Of a DNA stretch of 64,000 nt, positions 53,098-63,253 are shown piece by piece. The stretch lies in the NCBI GenBank assembly GCA_963737905.1, contig CAVTUQ010000022.1:96001-160000 (forward strand), in the 5' to 3' direction. Within the stretch, counting starts at the first letter, position 1, and every line of letters begins with the position of its first letter. A program made the translations under genes and the position numbers. This stretch comes from an uncultured delta proteobacterium. Its GTDB lineage: Bacteria > Desulfobacterota > Binatia > UBA9968. The notes under the pieces are model-generated. The model had not been told where the DNA came from. It saw only the letters and a program-made list of their open reading frames with translations, and ran no database searches.

Positions 53098-54015
53098 ATG
53101 AGACGACGAGAAGCGCTGGCGACCATCGGCAAAACATCGCTGGCGATCCTGGCCGGAACTCATCCATCGATCATTCCGAACTTGCAAGGTGCTGAGAGGC
53201 CCGCTATGACGACACCCAACCACATCCGGCATTACACCGCCAATAATCCCGGCATCATGACTTTACAGGGGACAAACCAATACGTTGTCGGTAAAGAGAG
53301 CGTGCTGGTGATTGACGTGGCGCTGAGCGCGGACTCGAACATGGACGGAATCATCGAGCAAGCAGAGGCGATGGGTGCGAAGAAGATCGAGAAGATTCTG
53401 CTGACGCATATTCATAGCGACCACTGCGGCGGCGCCCTGGCCTTGAGAAAACGCTGCGGCGCGAAGCTGGGCATTCATCGCTCCCGCGCGGGGTATCTCG
53501 GCGGCGAGGACTTTCAATACGGCGACAACGATCGGATTGCATTTGGGGGAGGCGAGCTGCGAGTGCTTCACACGCCGGGCCATGAATCCGGCCACTGTTG
53601 TTTCTATGAGTCGGGGGACAAGGTGCTGTTTAGCGGCGACAATATTCTCGGCTACGGCACGGCTGTGATTCGCCCGCCGGATGGCAACATGACGGACTAC
53701 CTGAGCTCCCTGGAGCGATTGCTTGATTTCAATATCAACTTGATCCTACCCGGTCATGGCCCTCTCGTCGGCAAGCCCGAGGCGAAGATTAAGGAATACA
53801 TCGAGCATCGTGTAATGCGCGAAAAGCAGGTGCTCGACGCATTGCGCAAAGGGCGCAACACCATTGGTGATATCACCGAAATGATTTACGTGGGTGTTTC
53901 GCCTGCTCTCCAGCGGGTCGCGGAGTTTTCTGTCCAAGCGCACTTGGAAAAGCTGATGAGGGAGGGCCGGGTGAAAAACGAGGGCGGACGCTATCTGCTT
54001 CTAAGAGACACCTGA
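53098..54015 (+). CDS. MBL-fold metallohydrolase (LACTB2-like) with possible twin-arginine leader
   Basis: [30 protein letters not shown]; N-terminal MRRREAL. Confidence 0.88.
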   Translation: MRRREALATIGKTSLAILAGTHPSIIPNLQGAERPAMTTPNHIRHYTANNPGIMTLQGTNQYVVGKESVLVIDVALSADSNMDGIIEQAEAMGAKKIEKILLTHIHSDHCGGALALRKRCGAKLGIHRSRAGYLGGEDFQYGDNDRIAFGGGELRVLHTPGHESGHCCFYESGDKVLFSGDNILGYGTAVIRPPDGNMTDYLSSLERLLDFNINLILPGHGPLVGKPEAKIKEYIEHRVMREKQVLDALRKGRNTIGDITEMIYVGVSPALQRVAEFSVQAHLEKLMREGRVKNEGGRYLLLRDT

Positions 54016-54127
54016 GTCGGTCCTCTAACCGAGTCGAAGGGGATGACGGACTCGGTCTCCGTGTCCAAATGCTTCCGATGGCGAAGCGAAAAACAGTTCG
54101 GGCCGCCAGCCGGACAAGAACATCCAC

Positions 54128-54835
54128 CTACTTCTCCACGATAATGACCGGGAGGCCTGCTTGTGACAGCTGGCGTGCCCGTTCTTCGGCGGCGTTACGA
54201 TTGGAGAAGGTTCCCAACTGAACCCGATAATAGGTGGCATCCTTTGCTTGCAGCGGGACGATGAAAACTTCCGCATAAGAACTCGCGAGCCTGTCGCGCA
54301 GTTGTTGTGCATTCTCGATTTGGGAGAAAGATCCCAATTGCAAGGTATAGTCGAGAGAAGTGCGAATCGATTGAATGCCATTGGGACCGTCGATCACTTC
54401 AACGCGCACCGGGATCGTGCCGGGACCGATCATCCCGAGAGCTTTTCCTGCTCCATAGGAGAGGTCAATAATTCTACCCTTGGCAAAGGGACCGCGGTCG
54501 TTGATCGTGACTTCGGCGGAGCTGCCGGTTTCGAGATTAGTGACCATGACGCGAGTGCCGAGGGGTAATGTCTGGTGCGCTGCGGTCAGATCGTTCTGAT
54601 CGTAGATGGCTCCACTAGCGGTCGCTTTCCCATGAAAACCTGGGCCGTACCAAGATGCGATGCCCGTCTGGCTAACGCGGCCCGCGGAGGCCGGTGCGGG
54701 CGGCAACTTGACTCTAGACGGGGGCAGGGAACAGGCGGCGAGAAACAAGAACGGCAGGAAAAGCCACACAGACAGAGCATGAGATCGCAGAAGATTCAGC
54801 GATAGATTTCGTCGTGGTGCGGGTTCCTCGAACAT
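54128..54835 (-). CDS. rlpA: Septal ring lytic transglycosylase lipoprotein with SPOR domain
   Basis: LAAC lipobox, GIASWYG, TAAH.TLP, INDRGPF, RIIDLS, SPOR YRVQLG.F. Confidence 0.93.
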   Translation of the reverse strand: MFEEPAPRRNLSLNLLRSHALSVWLFLPFLFLAACSLPPSRVKLPPAPASAGRVSQTGIASWYGPGFHGKATASGAIYDQNDLTAAHQTLPLGTRVMVTNLETGSSAEVTINDRGPFAKGRIIDLSYGAGKALGMIGPGTIPVRVEVIDGPNGIQSIRTSLDYTLQLGSFSQIENAQQLRDRLASSYAEVFIVPLQAKDATYYRVQLGTFSNRNAAEERARQLSQAGLPVIIVEK

Positions 54836-54895
54836 GGAAGCCCGGATTATAGCGAAAGAAGAAAAAGGAAAAAAGCCATCAACAGCGAAATGATT

Positions 54896-55468
54896 TTAGG
54901 ATTCGGATAACAGCAGTCCGACTTGCATGGCGCCGTCGTCACGGTCCGGCACGGCTAGGTGATCCTTAGAGGGGATGAGTGTGCCAAAGACGATGTCGGC
55001 TAGCGGCAACACCACATTGAGATTATTGAAGTGTCGTTTGTGATGCATGTGGTGATGGGAGTCCAGCCAACGGAACCAGGCCGTCGTTTCCAACCAGCGT
55101 CGTTTGGGAATATGCATGCAGTAATGGAGATATTCATAAAGGAAATAATAGAGGGAAAGCGCCGACAAGGCGCCTACGAATAGGTCTGCTTCCAACACCT
55201 TTTGTAGCCAAAGAACGACGGGCGTGTGAAGCAAGATAATAAAAGGCGCGTTCCACCAGGCAAAGCGCACCTTTTGGATAACCTTCGCGTCGGGAAGAAA
55301 ATACTGGGCGCCGGTCCGAAAAAGGCCGTGGTGAACCAACGCATGGGCGCGAAACGGATATCGCCAAAGCGGCATGTGCATCAAATATTTATGCAGGGTC
55401 CACTCGAAGAAACTCGCATACACGAGGAAACAGAGGAAAGCTGTTGTCTCGCTGATGAGGATGGTCAT
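54896..55468 (-). CDS. Fatty-acid hydroxylase/sterol desaturase family protein
   Basis: His boxes HKYLMH, HALVHH, HYCMH, HHHMHH. Confidence 0.85.
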   Translation of the reverse strand: MTILISETTAFLCFLVYASFFEWTLHKYLMHMPLWRYPFRAHALVHHGLFRTGAQYFLPDAKVIQKVRFAWWNAPFIILLHTPVVLWLQKVLEADLFVGALSALSLYYFLYEYLHYCMHIPKRRWLETTAWFRWLDSHHHMHHKRHFNNLNVVLPLADIVFGTLIPSKDHLAVPDRDDGAMQVGLLLSES

Positions 55469-55777
55469 TGAACTCCTTTCAATCGCCCACACTGCGGTTA
55501 TCCCTGCTTCTGCGCCTACAGAATAGAGTTCCGCCGCAGGCTGAGGTGGCAAGAATGTCTGGGAATCGCTTCGCAGGGAGAGGTCTATTAGACTCTTGAG
55601 CCGCTTCCGTCGCTATTTCAGACTGGATGATAAATTCAGAGAGCAATGTACGTGTTTTTTTTAAAGTCGTCAATCAAATCTCCAAACATTCCAAACATTA
55701 AGTCTTCGATTACGCCCGGTTTACGCAGCGGAGGCTTTGTGGTAGTTTAACGCAACTAATTCAGGGAGTTGTTGTTT

Positions 55778-56524
55778 ATGTCCGGTCATTCGAAATGGAG
55801 CACCATCAAGCACAAAAAGGCGGCCAAGGACGCAAAGAAGGGAAGGCTCTTCACCAAGCTCATCAAGGAAATTACGGTGGCGGCTCGGGTGGGCGGCGGT
55901 GACATCAACTCCAACCCGCGTTTGCGCACGGCCGTGATCACGGCAAGAACCAACAGTATGCCGGGAGACAACATTGAGCGGGCGATCAAAAAGGGCACGG
56001 GAGAATTGGAAGGCGTCTCATACGAAGAAATCCAGTACGAAGGATACGGCCCGGGAGGCGCGGCCATCTTGGCGCAGGTGTTGACGGACAACAAAAACCG
56101 TACGGTCTCTGAGATACGGCGCTTGTTTGTCAAACACGGGGGAAATTTGGGAGAGACCGGTTGTGTGGCGTGGATGTTTGACAAAAAAGGTGTCATCACG
56201 GTGGAAAAATCACAAATCGATGAAGACCGCTTGATGGGTTTGGTGCTAGAAGCGGGTGGAGAAGATGTCAAGGACGAGGGTGATCTATTTGAAGTCGTGA
56301 CCCAACCGGAGGACTTCGAAAGAGTCAAAGAAACACTCGACCGGGAAAAGATAGCTCTTGCTAGCGCGCAAATCACGATGGTCCCGAAAAATACGGTCAC
56401 CGTCGGCGAAAAGCATGTGGAACAGATTCTCAAGTTGACCGAAGAGCTCGAGGATCATGATGACGTGCAAAACGTTTCGGCAAATTTTGATATCCCCAGC
56501 GAGTACCTCGAAAAGGCGAGCTGA
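55778..56524 (+). CDS. yebC: YebC/PmpR-family protein
   Basis: [39 protein letters not shown]. Confidence 0.97.
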   Translation: MSGHSKWSTIKHKKAAKDAKKGRLFTKLIKEITVAARVGGGDINSNPRLRTAVITARTNSMPGDNIERAIKKGTGELEGVSYEEIQYEGYGPGGAAILAQVLTDNKNRTVSEIRRLFVKHGGNLGETGCVAWMFDKKGVITVEKSQIDEDRLMGLVLEAGGEDVKDEGDLFEVVTQPEDFERVKETLDREKIALASAQITMVPKNTVTVGEKHVEQILKLTEELEDHDDVQNVSANFDIPSEYLEKAS

Positions 56525-56562
56525 TGGAGAGAGCCCCGGACCGTTCGGCTCGCCGGGCCGTG

Positions 56563-57102
56563 ATGAGTCGCAGAATCCTGGGCATCGATCCGGGATCGGT
56601 GGTGACCGGATGGGGCATCGTCGAGGCGGTCGGAAATTCCTTGAGTCATGTGGCCTGTGGCACCATCGCGACCGTCGGTGCCCAAGGGCAAGGGGCTCGG
56701 TTAAGCCGCATCTACAGAGGCATTCAGGAAATCATCGTGCGTTATCGTCCGCACGGAGTCAGTCTGGAAAAGGTTTTTTTTGCGCGCAATCCGCAAAGCG
56801 CTCTTAAACTCGGCCAAGCGCGCGGCGTGGCCTTGCTGGCGGCCGCAGAAAACCAACTGGATGTCTACGAATACAGTTCAAACGAGATCAAGTCGGCGGT
56901 GGTCGGGTATGGCCATGCGACCAAAGAGCAAGTGCAGAAAATGATCGCGGCGCTTCTCCATGTTTCAGAGAAGATGGCCGCCGATGCCGCCGATGCTTTG
57001 GCGGCCGCGGTTTGTCACGTTCATCGGCAGGCCTTTCAAGCCCGTATCGTAGAAGCTGCGCCGGACTGGCGGCCTGCGGTGCGCCGGCGCAGGGTGCCAT
57101 AA
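56563..57102 (+). CDS. ruvC: Holliday junction resolvase
   Basis: ILGIDPG, E.VF, LGQARG, DAADALA. Confidence 0.96.
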   Translation: MSRRILGIDPGSVVTGWGIVEAVGNSLSHVACGTIATVGAQGQGARLSRIYRGIQEIIVRYRPHGVSLEKVFFARNPQSALKLGQARGVALLAAAENQLDVYEYSSNEIKSAVVGYGHATKEQVQKMIAALLHVSEKMAADAADALAAAVCHVHRQAFQARIVEAAPDWRPAVRRRRVP

Positions 57103-57154
57103 GCGGCTCCGGTGATTGGGGAAGCCCTGTCCTGAGAGAAATCCAAGATTCACT

Positions 57155-57748
57155 GTGATTGCGCAAATTAGCGGAACCCTGGCGCATAAGTGGCCGGGAG
57201 AAGTCGTCGTCGATGTCGGGGGCGTCGGCTATCAGATATTTATCCCGCTCAACGTTTTCTATCGACTGCCGGACGTGGGCGGTTCCGTCAGTCTTTACAT
57301 TCATACTCATCTAAGGGAAGATGCGCTGCAGTTGTTCGGCTTTCGGGCAGCGGAAGAAAAACAGGTCTTTCTGTTGCTTATCGGCGTTTCCGGCATCGGT
57401 CCCAAGTTGGCCGTCAATATTCTTTCTGGAATTCCGGCGGAGGAATTGGTACAGGCGGTCAAGGATGGCGATCAGCTGCGGCTGGTGTCGATACCGGGAG
57501 TCGGCAAAAAGCTCGCGGAACGTATGATCGTCGAACTCCGAGATAAATTCACGACGCTGCAGTCTCGGCCATCAGAAGCGGTTACTCAAAGCAATGATTC
57601 TCAACTCATTCAGGATGCGGTGTCGGCGCTGGTCAATCTGGGTTATAGAAAAGCGGAAGTCGAGAAAAACGTGCGCGAGATGAGCCAGACGGGCAAACGG
57701 ACTTTGGAAGAAGTGATCAAGGACGTGCTCCGGCGAATGAGCCGCTAG
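57155..57748 (+). CDS. ruvA: Holliday junction branch migration protein A
   Basis: [35 protein letters not shown]. Confidence 0.96.
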   Translation: MIAQISGTLAHKWPGEVVVDVGGVGYQIFIPLNVFYRLPDVGGSVSLYIHTHLREDALQLFGFRAAEEKQVFLLLIGVSGIGPKLAVNILSGIPAEELVQAVKDGDQLRLVSIPGVGKKLAERMIVELRDKFTTLQSRPSEAVTQSNDSQLIQDAVSALVNLGYRKAEVEKNVREMSQTGKRTLEEVIKDVLRRMSR

Positions 57749-57756
57749 AACCCGCT

Positions 57757-58827
57757 ATGCCGAAACTTGACGACAGGAGCGAGACCTCGATGCCGGCGCG
57801 ACCCGTGGCGCCCAAGCTGGCCGAGGACGATGCCAACTATGACGTGAACTTGCGGCCTCGCGGTTTCGATGAATACGTCGGTCAGGAACAGGTGAAGGAG
57901 AATCTTAAAGTCGCGATTGCCGCGGCCCGCGGGCGCAACGATGTGTTGGATCATATTTTGTTTCATGGACCGCCGGGGTTGGGCAAGACATCGCTCGCCT
58001 ACATTATCTCGCGGGAGATGGGCGTGAACATCAAAGCGACCTCGGGGCCGGTGGTGGAGCGCCCGGGCGATCTTGCCGCGCTGCTCACGAATCTCGAAGA
58101 CGCCGATATACTTTTTATCGACGAGATTCACCGGCTGAACCACGTGGTGGAGGAGGTTCTTTACCCGGCCATGGAAGATTACCAGATCGATATCATGATA
58201 GGTCAGGGTCCTGCGGCCAGGTCGATGAAGCTGCCTTTAAAGCCGTTTACTTTGATCGGGGCAACGACGAGATCCGGTCTTCTTACCTCGCCGCTGCGCG
58301 ATCGCTTTGGACAAATTTTTCGGCTGGACTTCTATTCCACTCAAGCCCTGGCACAAATCCTTAGGCGATCCGCCTCCATTCTGGGTGTCGCCGCAGAAGA
58401 CGAGGGCACGACCGAGATCGCGCGCCGGTCCCGTGGCACTCCGCGAATCGCGAACCGGCTCTTGCGCCGGGTGCGCGATTTTGCCCAGGTCAAGGCGAGT
58501 GGCACGATCACGAAATCCGTTACCCAAGAAGCTCTGCAAATGTTGGAAGTTGACCCCATCGGTCTCGACAAAATGGACACGATGCTCCTCTTAACCTTGA
58601 TCGACAAGTTTTCGGGCGGCCCTGTTGGAATTGAAACACTGGCGGCGGCGATCGGAGACGAAAAGGACACGATCGAGGACGTGTACGAGCCGTTCTTGAT
58701 TCAAGCGGGGTTTCTCAAGCGAACGCCTCGCGGCCGGGTGGCGACGGAGCTGGCCTACGAACATTTCGGGCGCAACCCCGCATCGCCAAAAGGAACCAGT
58801 TCGAAGAATCAACCCAGCCTGTTTTGA
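57757..58827 (+). CDS. ruvB: Holliday junction branch migration ATPase
   Basis: [31 protein letters not shown]. Confidence 0.98.
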   Translation: MPKLDDRSETSMPARPVAPKLAEDDANYDVNLRPRGFDEYVGQEQVKENLKVAIAAARGRNDVLDHILFHGPPGLGKTSLAYIISREMGVNIKATSGPVVERPGDLAALLTNLEDADILFIDEIHRLNHVVEEVLYPAMEDYQIDIMIGQGPAARSMKLPLKPFTLIGATTRSGLLTSPLRDRFGQIFRLDFYSTQALAQILRRSASILGVAAEDEGTTEIARRSRGTPRIANRLLRRVRDFAQVKASGTITKSVTQEALQMLEVDPIGLDKMDTMLLLTLIDKFSGGPVGIETLAAAIGDEKDTIEDVYEPFLIQAGFLKRTPRGRVATELAYEHFGRNPASPKGTSSKNQPSLF

Positions 58828-58874
58828 AATGGGTTGCGCGGCAGTAACAAAATAACGACGGGCGAAATACGCAA

Positions 58875-59087
58875 ATGACCGGATTGGGTAAGACGCTGAT
58901 CTATATCGGAATCGTGTTGATCATTCTTGGACTGATCGTTTCGATGGCTGGCAAGATTCCCTGGTTGGGGCATCTTCCGGGCGATATCACCATCCAACGG
59001 GATCGGTTCACCTTCTATTTCCCATTGACCACCTGTATCCTTATCAGTGTGATTATAACGCTTGTCCTTTATTTCTTTAGACGGTAA
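58875..59087 (+). CDS. DUF2905 small membrane protein
   Basis: LG.LPGDI...FYFPLTTCILIS. Confidence 0.88.
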   Translation: MTGLGKTLIYIGIVLIILGLIVSMAGKIPWLGHLPGDITIQRDRFTFYFPLTTCILISVIITLVLYFFRR

Positions 59088-59125
59088 AATTTGGCTGTCT
59101 TTTTCTCTCCTTAGAAAGTCTGCTC

Positions 59126-61357
59126 ATGGAAAGTTCGGGCACCGTCGAGTCGATCGAGGCACGCCTCAAGCTGGAGGAAGCCAAGCGCCGCAAACGTGAG
59201 GGTTGGGTGATCCTTGCCACTACCCTCATGGTATTGGCGTTTGCGTTTTTTGAAGTGCAGTTGCCCGAGACGGCGCCAGAGTACTCTTTGGGCAACAATA
59301 TCGCTTTCTTTCTCTTGATCAATGTGAACGTTATCCTCCTGGCGCTGCTGGTTTTTCTCGTTGTCCGCAACTTGGTCAAACTTGTCTTCGAACGCAAGAG
59401 AAGGATCCTGGGTTCACGCCTACGGGTGCGGCTAGTATTGGCATTTGTTGCGCTATCGCTTGTGCCCACGTTGCTGTTGTTCGTCATTGCGGGCGGATTC
59501 GTTACCCGTTCTTTTGAAAGATGGTTTGATCTTCAGGTGGAAAACGCGCTGCAAGGCTCCTTGGAGATCGGCCAGACTTATTATCAAAATTCGGCCAACA
59601 ATGCCTTGTTCTATGCGCGGCAGCTGAGTCAACGCATGACTCGAGAGGGGCTCTTCGAGGCTCATCGACTTGGCGAGCTCAAGGAGTTCATCCAAAACAA
59701 ACAGCAGGAGTATAACCTCGGAACCGTTGAATTGTTCTCGCCTGACTATCGATCACTGGTTGTCGCGTTCAACGAACAAGTACCGACGGGAGTCACCATC
59801 AAACCTGAAAAGGAGTTTCTGAATCGGGCGCTCCGGGGTCTGGAAGTGACGCGAACCCAAGCGTTTGGAGAAGGGGACATTATCCGTGGAGGCGTTCCGA
59901 TCTATAGTGGGGACAAGCGCGTGCTCGGAGTCGTGGTGGTCGACTATTATGTGCCCAAAAGCATCACTAAAAGAGCCTTGCAAATTTCCCGTTCCTACGA
60001 ACAGTACAAACATTTGATGTTTCTCAAGGCGCCGATCAAAAATAGCTATATTTTGACCCTTCTCCTCATCACGTTGGTGATTATCTTCGCGGCCACCTGG
60101 TGTGGGCTTTATCTTGCCAAAGGCATCACGGTCCCGATCCAAAAACTTGCGGAAGGAACCCATGAAGTTGCCCAGGGAAACTGGGACTACAAAATCGATT
60201 CCGGAGGAGACGATGAGATTGGGACTTTGGTGGAATCGTTCAACCAGATGACCCGGGATCTCAAGCAGATCAATTTAGAACTGGAACAGAGAAAGCGCTT
60301 TGTGGAGACGCTTCTCGCCAATATCACGGCAGGCGTGATCGCGGTGGATCCCGCGGGAAGAATTACGACGTGGAACAAGACCGCCGAGGAGATGTTGGGA
60401 GTCGAGGCGGTGGGCGTGCTCGGAAGAAATCAGGAAGAGGTCTTTCAGGGCGGACGGCTCCAAGTCATGCGCGACATCCTGGAAAGCGTGAAAGACCGGG
60501 AGAGCGTGGAGCGCCAAATTAAGATTCCTTTACCGGACCAATTGCTTACCGTGGTGGTGACGGCGGCAACCTTGCGCGACGATGAGGGAAAGACCATGGG
60601 GGTCATGATCTTCCTCGAGGACATTACCCAGATTCAAAAGGTGCAGAGAATGGAGGCCTGGCGCGAAGTCGCGCGGCGCATTGCTCATGAGATCAAAAAT
60701 CCGCTGACGCCCATCCAATTGTCCGCCGAGCGGCTCCGAAAACGGTACGCCAAATTGCTCGAGGGCAACGGTGCGGTTTTGGATAAGTGTACTTCGACCA
60801 TCATCCAGCAGGTGGACGAGCTGAAAAATCTCGTCAATGAATTTTCTCATTTCGCTCGATTGCCTGCGGCCCACCTCACCACTAACGACCTGAACGCGAT
60901 CGTTCAGGAGTCTCTGTTTCTCTTCAAGGAAGGGCATGACAAACTCCACTTCCAATTTCGCAACGGAGATATCCCGCCGCTCGAATTGGACCGGGAACAG
61001 ATCAAACGAGTGATTATCAATTTATTGGACAACGCGGTGGCGGCCGTAGGAGAAAATGGCGAAATCAGGATGACCACGAGTCATGATCCCTCTCGGGGAG
61101 TCGTCTTTTTAGAGGTCGCGGATAATGGCTGTGGTGTGGCGCCGGAAGTAAGAACCAGAATTTTCGAGCCTTATTTTTCCACCAAAAAGAATGGCACTGG
61201 TTTGGGACTCACCATCGTCAGCCAGATCATCGAAGATCACCGGGGCTACATCCGGGTGCGACCCAATGAACCCCAGGGGACCCGGTTGACGATCGAGTTT
61301 CCCGTGCCAACGGAGAGTCAGCTTGTCGAGAACAGGAAGAAGGCAATGCATTCTTAG
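59126..61357 (+). CDS. ntrY: NtrY-like sensor histidine kinase (TM-HAMP-PAS-HisKA-HATPase)
   Basis: GSRLRVRL..F, DEIGTLVESFNQM, AWREVARRIAHEIKNPLTPIQLSAERL, N/G1/F/G2 boxes. Confidence 0.88.
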   Translation: MESSGTVESIEARLKLEEAKRRKREGWVILATTLMVLAFAFFEVQLPETAPEYSLGNNIAFFLLINVNVILLALLVFLVVRNLVKLVFERKRRILGSRLRVRLVLAFVALSLVPTLLLFVIAGGFVTRSFERWFDLQVENALQGSLEIGQTYYQNSANNALFYARQLSQRMTREGLFEAHRLGELKEFIQNKQQEYNLGTVELFSPDYRSLVVAFNEQVPTGVTIKPEKEFLNRALRGLEVTRTQAFGEGDIIRGGVPIYSGDKRVLGVVVVDYYVPKSITKRALQISRSYEQYKHLMFLKAPIKNSYILTLLLITLVIIFAATWCGLYLAKGITVPIQKLAEGTHEVAQGNWDYKIDSGGDDEIGTLVESFNQMTRDLKQINLELEQRKRFVETLLANITAGVIAVDPAGRITTWNKTAEEMLGVEAVGVLGRNQEEVFQGGRLQVMRDILESVKDRESVERQIKIPLPDQLLTVVVTAATLRDDEGKTMGVMIFLEDITQIQKVQRMEAWREVARRIAHEIKNPLTPIQLSAERLRKRYAKLLEGNGAVLDKCTSTIIQQVDELKNLVNEFSHFARLPAAHLTTNDLNAIVQESLFLFKEGHDKLHFQFRNGDIPPLELDREQIKRVIINLLDNAVAAVGENGEIRMTTSHDPSRGVVFLEVADNGCGVAPEVRTRIFEPYFSTKKNGTGLGLTIVSQIIEDHRGYIRVRPNEPQGTRLTIEFPVPTESQLVENRKKAMHS

Positions 61358-61374
61358 ATGAATTTAGGAAGGCG

Positions 61375-62679
61375 ATGAAAGAACGGCCGGCACAGAAAAC
61401 GATACTGATCGTCGATGACGAGGACAAAGTTCGGGAGTCGGTCCGAGAAGTTTTGACCGACGAGGGCTATCGCGTTGTGGACACCGCCGACGGCGCTCGC
61501 GTGCTTGAATTGATTGAACGGGAAAAGCCCGGGCTCGTGCTGCTGGATATTTGGATGCCGCAGATTGACGGCATCGATCTGCTTAAGCAGATTAGGAGCA
61601 AGGAGCCCGCGATCCACGTAGTCATGATTTCAGGCCATGGGAATATTCACACGGCGGTGACGGCGACCAAATTCGGAGCGTTCGATTTTATCGAGAAGCC
61701 GCTGTCTTTAGATGCACTGCTGTTGACGGTGCAGCGGGCCTTAGGTGACTATTCGCCGCGCCGCTCCAAAGGGGTCACCGGTAACGGAGGCAGAAAATCG
61801 AAAACCGGGAAGCGCCCACCGGCGACAGCAAGACGCGGAAACTCGAATCCATCCATCAAGCAACGCACCTTGAAGAAGAGTGTTGTGACATCGGGGCAAG
61901 GACTTCACTCGGGAATGAAGACCGGTCTTATTCTCCACCCGCTACCGCCTAATAGTGGGATTCTCTTCACCGGCATTTCTGGTGATGTGCAGGTACCCGC
62001 CCACCTGGATCATGTGGGATCGACCGGATATGCGACTTCACTCCGCGCCAAGGGGTTTGCCGTGGGGACGGTGGAGCATTTATTGGCCGTGCTGCATAGT
62101 TACGGTATCACCAATCTGCTCGTCAAGGTTCAAGGGGAGGTTCCGATCCTGGATGGTTCCGCCCTGGAGTTCTGTAACCTCATTGACGACGTCGGCGTGC
62201 AGGAAGAAAGGGAGGAATGGTCCGAAATAGTGGTTGATCGACCGTATCGAATCGGGAGCCCCGGGGGTGAGTCGATCACCGTCGAGCCTGCGGAAGTCTT
62301 CTCGGTGCATTATGTTTTGAATTATCCCAAGCCGGTGGGCATCCAAGAGCATACTTACACCCACAGAGGTCCCACCTTGTTTAAGGAAGAAATCGCGCCG
62401 GCCCGAACCTTCGGCTTTTTGAGGGACGTCGAACAGCTGCAACAAGCCGGCTTGGTTAATGGCGGCAAGCTCAACAATTGCATCCTCATTGATGACGAGA
62501 AAATCGTCAATACGGATCTACGATTCCCCAACGAGTTAGCGCGCCACAAGATCCTCGATATTATGGGTGACTTTTACTTACTCGGGAAGCCGGTTCGAGG
62601 TGCCATTACCGCTCACATGACGGGCCACTCCGACAATATTGCCCTGCTGCGAGAGCTGCGAAGCGGGATGGGTCTTTAG
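61375..62679 (+). CDS. lpxC: Receiver domain fused to UDP-3-O-acyl-GlcNAc deacetylase LpxC
   Basis: REC motifs IVDDE, LLDIWMP, ISGHG, IEKP; LpxC motifs QRTL, GLHSG, TVEHL, ARTFGF, RHKILD, GH. Confidence 0.92.
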   Translation: MKERPAQKTILIVDDEDKVRESVREVLTDEGYRVVDTADGARVLELIEREKPGLVLLDIWMPQIDGIDLLKQIRSKEPAIHVVMISGHGNIHTAVTATKFGAFDFIEKPLSLDALLLTVQRALGDYSPRRSKGVTGNGGRKSKTGKRPPATARRGNSNPSIKQRTLKKSVVTSGQGLHSGMKTGLILHPLPPNSGILFTGISGDVQVPAHLDHVGSTGYATSLRAKGFAVGTVEHLLAVLHSYGITNLLVKVQGEVPILDGSALEFCNLIDDVGVQEEREEWSEIVVDRPYRIGSPGGESITVEPAEVFSVHYVLNYPKPVGIQEHTYTHRGPTLFKEEIAPARTFGFLRDVEQLQQAGLVNGGKLNNCILIDDEKIVNTDLRFPNELARHKILDIMGDFYLLGKPVRGAITAHMTGHSDNIALLRELRSGMGL

Positions 62680-62729
62680 CAGAGATCGGCAACTTTGCGC
62701 TCTCTGCACCCTTTCCAAACAACAAAAAT

Positions 62730-63179
62730 ATGGTCTCTTCTGTCTCTTTTCCACGACTCTTTACAGTGGGCGAAGCGAATGTGCTGCTGCCCACGGTGCG
62801 TAGGTTGATGGAAAGGATCGAGGAAAATATCAAGCGACTGAGAAACCAAAGCAAAACCATCATCCGCGATGAACAACTCGATCCAGACGCCATGGATTTC
62901 ATGGACCGATTGCAGGAACATAATGAAATTGCTCGGATCGTGGCAGAAGTCAAAGGCTGGGTGGAAGAGATCCAAAGCTATGGTTGCATCTGCAAGGGAG
63001 TGGAACAGGGTCTCGTCGATTTCCCGTGCCTACTAGGGACGGAAGTGGTGTTTCTCTGCTGGCAGTTGGGTGAGCCGACCGTCAGCTATTGGCACCGGAT
63101 CGAAGACGGCTTTGCGGGGCGCCGCGCCTTGCTTGATGTCGAGAAAACGGAATCCGATAAGAAGAGTCCTTACCACTAA
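62730..63179 (+). CDS. DUF2203-family protein
   Basis: FTVGEAN.LLP, KG.EQGLVDFP, LCWQLGE..V.YWH...GFAGRR. Confidence 0.88.
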   Translation: MVSSVSFPRLFTVGEANVLLPTVRRLMERIEENIKRLRNQSKTIIRDEQLDPDAMDFMDRLQEHNEIARIVAEVKGWVEEIQSYGCICKGVEQGLVDFPCLLGTEVVFLCWQLGEPTVSYWHRIEDGFAGRRALLDVEKTESDKKSPYH

Positions 63180-63253
63180 TCGGTCCGTCAATTTTCCGTT
63201 CATCTCCAATCGTGCTTGTTTCGATTCAATCGGTCGGTAGGTTGGGAGGTTTT

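Noticed and set aside
51574-54015. Apparent aconitase-MBL hydrolase fusion (813 aa)
   Set aside because: AcnA ends normally at YVLRQLL. Removing one T from AATTTAG (about 53024-53030) restores AAT TAG, and the window has many indels, so this is most likely an error.
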